64,000 nucleotides of DNA from Narcine bancroftii (taxonomy: Eukaryota). Location of the stretch: contig NC_091480.1 of assembly GCF_036971445.1 (NCBI RefSeq), forward strand, positions 22,754,001 to 22,818,000, read 5' to 3'. Position numbers and translations under genes: made by a program. The notes under the pieces were generated by a model that saw only the letters and a list, made by a program, of their open reading frames with translations, was not told the DNA's origin and ran no database searches. Every line of letters starts with the position of its first letter. Position 1 is the first letter of the stretch. Shown piece by piece: positions 39,885 to 51,199 of this stretch.

Positions 39885-40590
39885 GTATTCAAGTTTATTA
39901 TTATCATACAAATGTAAAGTTCAACTGGATGAAGCAGCATTTTTTGGTCCTTGGTGTTAAAACATGCAAACACCTAAACATATATAAAAAAAGAAATAAG
40001 TATTGTTAAATAATAGTAGATTCTCAGAGGGACTGCATGAACAGTATGAACTGTTCATTTAGTCATTCAGTATTCTCACTGCCCATGAGAAGAAGCTGTT
40101 TCTCAGCCTGGTGGTTCTGGCTCTGATACTCCTGTGTCTCCTTCTCGACAGGAGTAGCTGGAAGATGCTGTGTATGGCATGGTTGGGGTTCTTAACGATT
40201 GTGCGTGCGCTCTTCAGACAACGATCCCAGTGGATCACATCGAAGGGGGTGGGGTGGGGGAGGGAGACCCCCGTGATCTTCTCCTCTTATGGTCTCATGG
40301 ATTGACCTCCGATTCAATGCTATGCAACAACCGTACCACACTGTGATGCAGCCAGCTTGGCTCTCTTGATAGAGATGCTATAGAAACTCATCAGGATGGT
40401 GGCCATTAGCCTTGCCCACCTCGATCTTCTCAGTCACTGTTGCACCTTTCTGACAATTGAGATGTTGTGTGTCCAAGATAGGTCACTTCTTAAGAGATCT
40501 CCAAGGAACTTGTGCTGTCTACTCATTTCACTGCAAAGTTATTGATGTTTAGTGGAGGGTAGTCGTCCCGAGTCCTCCTGAAATTAAAAT
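39885..40590 (-). mobile_element. Rex1/Babar-like LINE 3' fragment
   Basis: Reverse tail TTCAAGTTTATT; AGAAGCTGTTTCTCAGCCTGGTGG and CCGTACCACACTGTGATGCAG (CITVWYG on minus strand). Confidence 0.8.
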
Positions 40591-41061
40591 CATCTACTTT
40601 GTCTCATCTCCTTTGTCTCATCCAGTATTCATGACAGCATGTGGACCTGCTTTCTTTTTGCTCGTACCTTGGTGAAGGGCTCAGGCTTGAAATATTGGTT
40701 ACCCTTTACTTGACCTGCTGAGTTTCTCCAGGACTACAATCACATTGTCTGAAGACTTTCCTGCTTAAGCCCAGATTGTGTTTATCGTGCCTCCTGACTC
40801 CACTAAAATATTTTGACCTCACACTATTTTTGGATACTTTCTGGTGGCCTGTCGTTTTGCCCGAATGGAGATCTCACAGCAGCAGCATAACTCAGTAAAA
40901 CATAGGAATTGCATGGGCTCGTGTTATGTTATGGGATCCCAATATGTCGAACATTGAAAGGATAGAGTCATGCAAGAGAGAACCACACTCTTCTTCAGCA
41001 CTGTTTTGGATTTAAAATCTCATAGAAAACCAAAGTAAAGTAACAAGATTAATCATGATGT

Positions 41062-41260
41062 AAAACATAAAAGTCTGCAGAGAGCATGGATGAAGTAAAA
41101 ACACAATGCTGGAGAAACTCAGCATGTCAAAGAGTGCATTTGATGTAGCAAAGATAACCAACGTTATGGGCTTGAGCCCTTCATCAAGGTTGGTTTTGCA
41201 TCTTTATCTTTGCTACATAAAGTTTGGTCTGCTGAATTTCTCCAGTATTGTGTTTTCACT
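41062..41260. repeat. Palindromic Penelope-terminus repeat with hammerhead remnant
   Basis: Inverted arms ACACAATGCTGGAGAAACTCAGC / GCTGAATTTCTCCAGTATTGTGT; minus 41157-41190 ACC-TTGATGA-AGGGCTCAAGCCC. Confidence 0.7.
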
Positions 41261-41499
41261 AAGATTAATCATGCAAATGGATGAACTGGGGTTCTAGCAT
41301 TTTAAGGCAAATCATTTCATTCTCAATGGCTTCCAACTAATGCTGAGTGGTAACTTTTTGAGAGGTCTGGATAGCACACAAAACTAAGATTTTTGTCATA
41401 TCTTAGGATGCGTAAACCATTACCTACAACTATTTCAAGTCTGCGGCAAATACCAACTCTCCATTTTACTCTGATCTTGCACGAATATATTTTATTCTC

Positions 41500-41750
41500 C
41501 CCACATTCTCATCATTTCCCCCCAAATTCTAACACTCACGCAAACACGGGGCAATTCACCGTGGCCAGTTAACTTACCAACCAACACACCTTTGGGATGT
41601 GAAAAGCAACCGGAGAATCTGGAGGAAAGCCATGCAGTCACAGGGTCGGTCAATGTCCAAACTCCTCACAGGCAGCACCCAAGGTCAGGAATGAAGCCAG
41701 ATCTCTGGAACTGTGAGGCAGAGGTTTGACTAGCTGCACCACTGCACAAC
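41500..41750 (-). mobile_element. V-SINE/HE1-like SINE (older subfamily)
   Basis: CCGGAGAATCTGGAGGAAAGCCATGCAGTCACAGGG...AACTCCTCACAG is the reverse of the family core. Confidence 0.75.
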
Positions 41751-43130
41751 CCCAAGAGAAACTAGATAAATGTAAGGTGAAAAGAAAGAGATCTTGCTCA
41801 ATCTTGGCTGATGTGGGGAGGTTTCCAGAATGCTATCTGAGGGACAATAGTTTATGATCCAGTTATTTTACTACTGTCCAATGTTTCAAGGAGTACAGTA
41901 TCAGTACTGTACTGTACTCCTTGATACATAAGACAGCAAGATAACAGGATAATGATCTTTATAAGCATTTGATAGAGTTTAGAAACATATATTCTTTGGG
42001 CAAACTGCTCTGAAAGAACAGTTCATTTGGAAAGGTAGGGGAAAAGGTATGGTAGATGATTCCAGAGAAAAAAAGATAAAAGTTAATAAAAGTTATACAT
42101 ATATGGGAGGATAAATAATGTTTAAGCTTTTGGATATAAAGCATTAACGTGGGGTGAGATTGACTTCTATTTTAAAGAGCTAGTATACTTCTGAAAGGCT
42201 GATCAGACTCTAAGGCTGTAATCTTGCTTGATTCTATAAAGTTAACTCCATCCAATTTCTGCTTGTGAAGTGCACTGGTCATCAAAGGGTGAGTAAACCT
42301 CCATTAATACCTCGCTGTAGTTTCTGTAAAGATGGTAGGCATCAATGACGAAGTTCAGCCAATAATTCTTGAAACTCGTGTTTGTATATTTGTGATCAGG
42401 CAATCATGACTTTCTATTTCCACTTCAAGCTATTCAGAAAGGTCACAATTTTGTTCAGCCTGTTTAACACAATCTTAAATCACCTTTTGTATACACTAGT
42501 AGTGATGGGCTTATACGGGAACAATGGAGATTATGAACTTTTAAATGTCATTTAATTTTCATGCTTTCTTGCTTGGTTCAAAATGGAACTATGGGTTAGT
42601 GATTGTCAGAACATTTAATACCATAAGTATCGATTTCTGGGCTGGAGCAGTCATTTATAAATGTGAAGCTATCATTTTTACCATAAAAAGCATTTACATT
42701 TATACGGATTTTACTTGTAGAGTTTATTTCAATTCTATATGTTATTTTTTATAAAATTGAACCTTTCAGTTTTACAAACGTACATCAGATTTAGATTATG
42801 CATTTCGTCATATTTGGCCAAACGGAATGTGTGCCATCTGCTGTTATCGCTCTATAATTTAAGTAAGCCATCTTGGAAATTGCAATCTCTTTCTCCATAT
42901 TGACTTCAGCAATCAACCACCAAACCTAGTGTTTTGTACTGAAAAGCAAGCTGGCTCAGTTCCAGCAGCTAATAGCATGTTCAAGTTCAAGTTTATTATT
43001 ATCATACCAATCGAACAAAACAAAAGTACAACTGGATGAAATGGCATTCTTTAGTCCTCGGGGTAAAAACATGCAAGCACATATATAGACATGGAACACA
43101 TACTTACAAGTATTTTGTATGCAGTACATA

Positions 43131-44717
43131 CAGGGCCCTCCAAAATGTTTGGATCAAAGATATGCTCCACAGTTTTAAATTTTTAATTAAACAATTCACG
43201 TAATTAAATTGCACATTCCAAATTTTGTTCAAGGTTATTTGCAGACATTTTGGTTTGACCATGTAGAAATTACAGGATTTTTTATTATCATACCAATTGA
43301 ACAAAACAAAAGTACAACCGGACGAAATGGCATTCTTTGCTCCTCGGGGTAAAAACATGCAATGCCACGTTCCCCTATTTCAGGGCACCATAATGTTTGG
43401 GACTTTTGGCCTCACAGGTGTTTGTGTGTACCCAGCTATGTTCAATTGCTTCATTGGTGCAGGTATAAGAGAGCTAGGCTTGCTTCTAAGCTTTTGATCA
43501 CCTTTGGAATCTGTAGTTGCCATTTTTCAACATGAGGACCAGAGTTGTACCAATGAAAGTCAAAGAAGCCATTATGAGGCTGAAAATCAAAAATAAAACA
43601 GTAAAAAACATCACCCAAACCTTAGGATGACCAAAATCACCTGTATGGATCATCATTAAGAAGAAAGAGCATTCTGGTGAGCTTCCAAAGTTAATTTGCA
43701 ACTTTCTCCATTTATGAGTAAATATGACTCTTGGATAATCTGTTAATCATTGAAATAAAAGTCCTGCTTCTTTGAACAACTGCCTCTAAATTTCCATTCT
43801 AACAACATAAGTAAATAAACAAAGATCTTGAGCAACCAGTAGTTCTTCTTGAGTTCTTAAATACTTCAGTTTTTAATGAAGTGACACTCTACTCTTGTCA
43901 GTATCTCATCAAGCTTTTCATCTTCCTGTTGCAGTTGCAGAATTAACAGACATTTTGTCTCCGTAAATGGGTGTGTCTGTGCGTGAGTGTGCCTCTGTCC
44001 ACCCAAAAACCTTTACTAAAAATATATATAAGATTTTAACTTAACTTTAAAGATTAATATTGTCTCTAGCTTCCTCCGGAATTGCCACTGTGCTTCAGAG
44101 ATGGCCTTCTGCAGATGGCAAGCTGATTTGAAGGCCTTTCACAGAGATGGAAAGCAGAAAACCACTAGTTAGTTACAGGAAACAGGATGGCCAGATTAAA
44201 GATTAAAAGAGCCTTCAGAATTCTGGAATAAAGTCTTGTGGACAGATGAGACCAAGATTAACCTGTATCACTTCCCACAGTCAGTGTGAACGCTGAACAA
44301 CCAACCAAGACTCTCATATGTACAAAGCAATATTTATTTATTTATTTGTATTGATGAAATACTTGTGCTGCAAATATATTGTTTGTCTGTATGTGTGTTA
44401 TATCTGGTTGTGTGTGGGCATGTTTTGCGCCCAGGACCAGAGAACGTTGTGTCATCAGGTTGTTATCATACAATCAGATGACAATAAACTTGACTATTAG
44501 AATGATGGCAAGAGCAAAGTGTGGAAGCATAAAGGAACTTCCCTAGATCCAAAGCATACCACCTCATCTGTGAAGCATGGTGGTGGGGGTGTTATGGCTT
44601 GGGCATGTATGGCTGCCACAGATACTGGCACACATATCTTCATTGATGATGTAACCGCTGATGGCAATAGCAAAATGAATTCTGAGGTGTATAGAAGCAT
44701 CCTATCTGGTCAAGTTT
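43131..44717 (+). mobile_element. Tc1-family transposon relic (IR/DR type), interrupted and 3'-truncated
   Basis: TA|CAGGGCCCTCCAAAATGTTTGG TIR with inner direct repeat at 43381; MRTRVVPMKVKEAIMRL from 43532; FWNKVLWTDETKINL ~44220; KHGGGGVMAWACM (44519-44719). Confidence 0.92.
44271..44497 (+). mobile_element. Rex1/Babar-like 3' tail inserted in the Tc1 transposase
   Basis: Ends GATGACAATAAACTTGAC; reverse-similar to 42980-43128; Tc1 frame resumes after it. Confidence 0.75.
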
Positions 44718-44965
44718 GAGTGGGAAAAAAAGATTTGAGAATCACTTCTCTGGACCCAATTGTCACTGAAATATTTTGCTTGAGAAAAATTGTTACTGAC
44801 CCATTTCCTTTGGAGTTATGAAACCGTGCTCAAAATGAGTCAATTATGTGTGATTAAAACAAACTTGTTAATTCTACCACCTTAAATAATCCCTTACTAA
44901 TTACAGAGCACCTTTGGCATAGTAAGGTGGTACGTGAGTGGAAAGAAAAAGTTTGAGAAACACTA
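44715..44965 (-). mobile_element. Partial compound hAT MITE (family of 56781)
   Basis: Reverse complement of the spacer (ACCCAATTGTCACTGAAATATTTTGC) plus a terminal unit. Confidence 0.8.
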
Positions 44966-45240
44966 GTCTACAGCAACTGTACCACACTGATGCAGAAAGC
45001 CAGGATGGTCTTAATAGAGCTGCAGAAAGTCAACAGGATGGTGACTAATAACCGTACCTGCCTCAAAGTCTTCTCAGAAAGTATAGTCTCCGTTGTGCTT
45101 TCCTGACAAATGAGGAGATGTGTGATCAGGATAGGTCACTACTTTAGTGAACTCCAAGGAACCTGATGTGATCTCCACGACAGAGCTATTGCTGTGTGGT
45201 GGGAGGTGGTTGTCCCTAGTTCTCCTGAAATCCACAATTA
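44966..45240 (-). mobile_element. Rex1/Babar-like fragment (probable continuation of the tail at 42980-43128)
   Basis: GTACCACACTGATGCAG (CISVV on minus strand), similar to 40330-40590. Confidence 0.65.
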
Positions 45241-46569
45241 TATTCTTTGTAATGTTTGTGTGACTTTATGAATTTCTTTTGGGTGTTCTGGTTTCCACCC
45301 ATTTCCAAAGATGTGTGAGTTGCTGGATTCATTGGCCATTCATAAAATACATGTAGGTGAGTGGTAGAATTTGAGTGGAGTTTAAGGGAGTGGTACCACT
45401 GACCTTTGAGAAAGCTGACAATAAGGATCACTTGATTGCAGTGGGAGAGATTTTACTGTTCTATTTATTATATTTCACACATGTGATTAATTTTTCAGGG
45501 CCAGAGAGGTTGGTCAGTCATAATTATAAATTGGTACACGATTAAATGGTCAGTTGCACAGAAACAGTAAAGGAACTGCATCTTCACAGCAGACATTGTT
45601 GGTGAATAATTGGAATCCACATCAGTTAGAAATTAGAAACAATTTCTAATTGATTCCATCCGCACTGTGCATTGGAGCAAGTTATTGCTTCCAGCATCGG
45701 GATTCGGTTATTTAACTGTGTGTGTTTCTGTACAGAGTTTCACAGCGTAAAGACAATGAGCAATAACTGGTTGGCCGACATTGCACATTTTAGTTCTAAT
45801 CCAATAGATTCTGTCTTTCAAAACTCAGAATAATAATATAAAGCAATATTGAAATAAATAAGTAGATTGGAGCAACTGCCTTGTCGTGTTGTAACTACTG
45901 GTACTGAATTGATTCTTTGAGAAGATCTCTTGGTGTATGGCTTCCATGCCATTGATATTGTAATACTTGGCACTGTTAACAATAGATAGTGAGTATTTTG
46001 CACTTAAATAAAAATACACGGGCGATCCCTATAACTTAGCTTGCTCTTCGTAGAAAATACTGATGATAATCCTCTCAGCAGTGGTAAGCAGCTTTTTAGA
46101 TTGGTTGGGCCTAATCGACAATTACAGTATGACTGAGCTCCACCCATAGAAACAAGGAAAGGTGCTATTATCTGAGAGATATTATCCTTTTATTGGTGAT
46201 GGGATACTCTTGTTGATCTCTCTGTGGAGTCCAGCAATAGAGCTACTGATTATTGAAGAACTCCAGATTCTGAGCTAGATATAAACTGGTTGAGGTTCTG
46301 AAATCCATGAACCTGAATGGAGAGAAATATCTTCAATGCTGATATGTGAGAGACAGGTTGATTTATGTATCTTTAATTAAATAAATAAAATGTAATTTAT
46401 TTAGAAGTATTTTAAAATAAAATGTTTATATTATGTAAATAATTTAGAAATATGATATTTTACAATTATTAATACCTTTGTATTTTAACAATTTAAAAGC
46501 TGTGAACGATATAATTAATTTTTAACTTTACAAAGTTAATTTTTGAGATTTGGGCATTATGGGCAGAGC

Positions 46570-47400
46570 TCTTATTCTGAGACTATGTGCTCAGCTTTTC
46601 CAAATTCATTAAGAGTCCTTCCAACAAGATCACTCCTCATTCTTCTACATTCCAATGAATTGTGTAATAACCTATTTAACCTTTCCTCATAGGACAAACC
46701 TTCATAACTGGTTTCATTCCTGTTGACCTTCACTGACTGCCTTCGACAAAATAATGTCTTTCCTTGAAGGGGGGGAGGTGGGGGCAAAATTCTTTACAGT
46801 GCTCTCGATGTGGTCTCTCTAGTGTCTTGAGGTCACTTTCCTTATCACATGCTCCTATCCCAAGAAATAGAGCCAACATTCCATTAGCCTCTCCTCTTAC
46901 CTCCTCTGCTCTGTTTCCAGCTTTTTGTGTTTCACACAACTCCTGAAATCCCTTCCTGCTATTTTTCTACATTTAAAGAACATACCTGTCCTGTTGTTCT
47001 TCTTTCCGAATGAATAACTATCAATTTTTCATGCAATTTTTCTCCACTAGCCTATCCTGCCTCTCCATAAACTGTTTGTATCCTCACATCTTTTCTTCCC
47101 ATTCATTTTTGTGTGGACTGCAAATCTCGCAATTATATGTTGCTTTCTCCCTCCAAGTCATATATTGTAGATGGTAGCATCTCCATTACTGTAGTATCCC
47201 ACTGCTCACAGGTTGTCAACCTGAAAATGAGTCTTTGTTCCCACCAGTTGGTTGCTTGTCTTTGAGCTAATCCTCTGTCTGCAACCCTGAACCTATTGTG
47301 AGGTGGCTTCCTGAATGCCATCCTCGGTACTGATTCTCTATTCTCCACTGGTTGTGATTTTCTGAAAGAAAAATTCTACTAAATTTGTTAGACCTGACTT
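46570..47400 (-). mobile_element. CR1 RT 3' fragment, decayed
   Basis: GLSYEERLNRL...LECRRMRSDL (46572-46787) and ANGMLA...LERPHREHC (46730-46939). Confidence 0.8.
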
Positions 47401-47409
47401 TCCTTTTTG

Positions 47410-47615
47410 TAATTTTTAAAAATTTTGAACCATACTGACCAAAATACACACAAATATTTCCCTCTTGAATATACACAGTGTCATTTTCTCCCCTTTTCCC
47501 CCTCCCTTCCCTCCCTCCTTCACCCCCCCCTTCGCCACCCACTCAATGTTGAACATATATGTTACATTAAACCCATTAAACAATGTCATCACACAATGAA
47601 AATAAACAAGAAATT
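47410..47615 (-). mobile_element. Short 3' UTR copy of the L1 family at 9730
   Basis: Near-identical to 9760-9935 (TGAACCATACTGACCAAAATACACAC...AAATAAACAAGAAATT). Confidence 0.9.
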
Positions 47616-48265
47616 TTTGGAAGTTTATAATGCATTTAGTATCTCAGAAACCATTTCTTTCAGTATCCTGGATGCAAACCATTCAGGCCAGGGGACTTAT
47701 CAGCCTTTATCCCCATTCATTTGCAAATACTAACTCTCTAGTATTACGAGCTCCCATTTCATGTAGTGTGAGTATCAATTTGAGGGCTAGTACAGGCTGC
47801 AACCATTCACAGTTTTGGAGAGACTGGGTGGCATCAGCTAGTACAGCATGCACTCAAAGGACATTAGGTCCCTTTTCCAGGGACACAGGTAGTGAAAGAG
47901 TCCTGGGTATGGAACACTGAAGGAACAGCACTTTATGACCAGCAGCCATCTCATTAAACTTGGAGCAGGAATGACTCTCTGTGTGATAATGGACAATCTG
48001 GCTGATTCTCCCTGTCAGGGGGAATTATTGAACCTCACCTTGACAAAAGGAAAGGTCATTTCAATTGATCCGTACCTGGGTTTTGGAAGCATCATGGAAG
48101 TTGAGCATTTCGTTTCCCCTGCGCAAAGGAAGGGGAGTTGTGACAACTGTTCGTACGATCGGATATTTCTCTGGAAGAATTCAATGAGGATTTGTGAGTT
48201 TCCTTTCTTGCATTCCGAATTTATCCCACTTTTTGAGCCTCATGATAACTTTTGCCTTTGTGCAC

Positions 48266-49291
48266 TCTTACAAGTCCAGAGGACCCCAAAACCCAACAGC
48301 AATAGAAATTCACAAAGACAAATGGTTACTTAAACAAAAGTTACTTTTAATTATCTTTAAACATGAAAACAGAATCACACTTTATCTTATCACTATTGAC
48401 TTAACTAACCTAACTTAACCCCCTTCTAATTCTAACCCTAACCCTAAGTGCACATGTATGTAATGTATGTGTAAGTTCAGAAAAGTTCTTTGATTCACAG
48501 TCCAATCTCACTTCTCACTCCTCCAAGTTCACCAGTATCAGGCAATTCTTATACTGTTCACAGAATTTAACATTTATGAATTTTCACCAGGCTCTGGTGC
48601 CTAAATGGTTACTGCTCAGGAAGGTTCTCGTTGGTTTCAGAGAGAGATTTGTTGCTTGTTGAACACAAACTAACTGATTTCCCTCGATCAGTCACTTCAG
48701 TGTCTTGCCGAAGAAACCTGCCTCATCATGGGTTTTCTTCTTCCAGGTCACCTCTTGTTTCCCCTTTTTCAGGAGACACACTGTAGCCAGCCATTCTCTC
48801 TTGTAAGGACTACAAGGGTTTTTAGCAGGCTGAACTCAGAACTCACAACCTGTCTTAACCAGCTGCCAGCTTGTCATGTTCCAGTCCCAGCTGCTGCTGC
48901 TAAACTCTCTCCCTCTCTCTCCCAAAGTGAAGTCCTGTTTGGTTCCCCCCCCCCCACCCCGCCCCCCCTCCCCCCCCCCCGCCCACCTCTCTCTCTGCTT
49001 GTAAAATCCAGAACTTCCTGCAGGGCTAACCTAATCCTTGAAAGATCTTATCAGCACTTTGATCCTGGACTGTTTATTTGCGCCTGCTTTTTTAAATTCC
49101 TTCCAAAATAGTTTTATGGTCTTTGCAAGTTTTATGGTCTTTATCTCAGTGTTTCACTTTCAGCAAAGCTCTTGCATTTTAAATGAGATCTCTTCTGTGA
49201 AGAGTTTCTCTATTTGTGAAGTGACCTACCCCACAATCTATCTCTTTTAAAGACATTTATATATAATATAAATATAATATAACCCATCATA
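48266..49291 (-). mobile_element. Solo LTR (~1.03 kb), copy 2
   Basis: Colinear with 26576-27602; 4-bp TSD GCAC on both sides; terminal TG/CA mutated. Confidence 0.85.
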
Positions 49292-51199
49292 GCACATTTT
49301 CTCTTTCAACTTCATACGTTTTAACATCCTTGGTTTGCCATGGTTGTTCATCACACTCATAGATTCTTCCCTCCTTCCATTTTTGCTGAGTGACATGAAT
49401 TACTACCTTAAATTACCAATGCTTGCTTCTTGTCTTTCCTGCTAATATATTGGCCTACCCTAATTATTAAAATGGCGAATGCTAAGTAAAATTCATGCTT
49501 GCTATGTTAAAATAAGTTTCTGAGAATTATACGTAACCGTCTTATTAATATAGATCTAAAAATTTATTTGACATGATAACTTTTTACTTTTTATCGTTGC
49601 CATGTAGGCTGTACAAGAGTATCAGTTTTAGGGAAACTTAATTCAGTTTAAAATGCCAGTTTTCTTTATAAGCAAAAAAAAATCAATTGCTTTTTCGATA
49701 TTTAATTTATTCCAGTGTTAAATATTGTGTTATATTTTAAAATTATGTTGTTTTAAGGACAGTAAAAATAAGCAAAATGCACAAATCATCAATGACATTT
49801 AGAAAAAAAATTAAAGTGTTGAATTCTATCAAGTGCAACGTTATTCATTGAACGCACACTGTTGTATGTCCCCAATTAGCTTCTTGAGTCCCTTATAAAA
49901 ATTATTCAGAAGATTGACTTAAGTAGTTATCACAGTCCCTCAATGACACCATTTTTTCTCTCTCTGATAGGATTCATTGCCTGTGATTTTCGGCTTAGGC
50001 TTTAATTAATTCAGTGATATTTACAGTAGTTGGAATTCCCCAACTTTCTTATGAAGCTATTCATAAACTTTATTCTCCAACATCCGTCAGATGCATCACC
50101 GGGTGGATGATAACAACATTTGAGGTCCCATTTTTTTTTAAGCGAGCTTCACATATCCACAAATTCTACCTGCCTATAATCTAATTCCATATCTTGACCT
50201 ATGTGGACAACTACCCTTGGCCGTTCATACTTCCCTTTTAGCTTGCTCTATCACCGTTCATTAAAAAGCATTAACGATTAGGCAACAAGATTCATGCATG
50301 ACTGTTCTGTAGATTTTTTTTCTCAAAATTATGCAAAATAATTTTCCAAGTCCCCTTTGTGAAATTCCACAAGAGTATTTGCATTCTTTTGAAGCGTGAA
50401 CAAATCCTTCAAATATGATTTATGCCTTTTGCTTTATTTTATTTTAATAGCTACTTTAATATAAAAGGGTGTCTCTTGAGCTTTTTTTTGTTTGCCAAGT
50501 AGTGACGTAAATCACACTGAAATAAGTGGTGTGCAAAGTGACACGATGCCGTGGTGCCTGCACACGATCGTGTTTATAATGAGTCAGACACAGTTCTTCT
50601 CTTTCTCCAAATAAAACACAAGTTCAGCAAATGCATTAGGCCGAGTGAGTTCCCTTTAACTGGTTTCTGTCACTAGAACAAATGCTTCCATTAAAGCAAA
50701 TTGCTTTTTGGTAGAAAAATTATCCCAGTTAGGAGAAACTGTTGCACAATTCTAATATTTATAGTATCAAGAGAGGTTTACTTTTCTCCATCTGATTATG
50801 TGAAGATGAAGTTTATGTCTGAAACACTTGACAAATGCTCCTATTTGGTGTGGAAACTGAGAATATATTCCGGTCAATGTACTTCCAATAATGTGGGAGT
50901 CACTTGTTGCTGTAAAAGCCTACTGGGACTCACAATCTACATAAAAGTGTTCAAAATCAGGAAGGAAACAAAAAAGCATGTATTATTACAACAATGAGAG
51001 TGAAATGCATACCTATTTCAGACTGGTTTGTGAAGATTTTTGCCTTGCTCTTTCAGTAGATTGCTTTCCCATTCAAAACCAAATATATTAAATTGAATGG
51101 ATTTTCCACTGGCTCGGTTAACAACCAGGCAGTGAAGACAAAGACTGCAAAAAAGAGCAGCCATTTGAGTTCTTAACCTGGAATTGAGTAACTCAGAAT

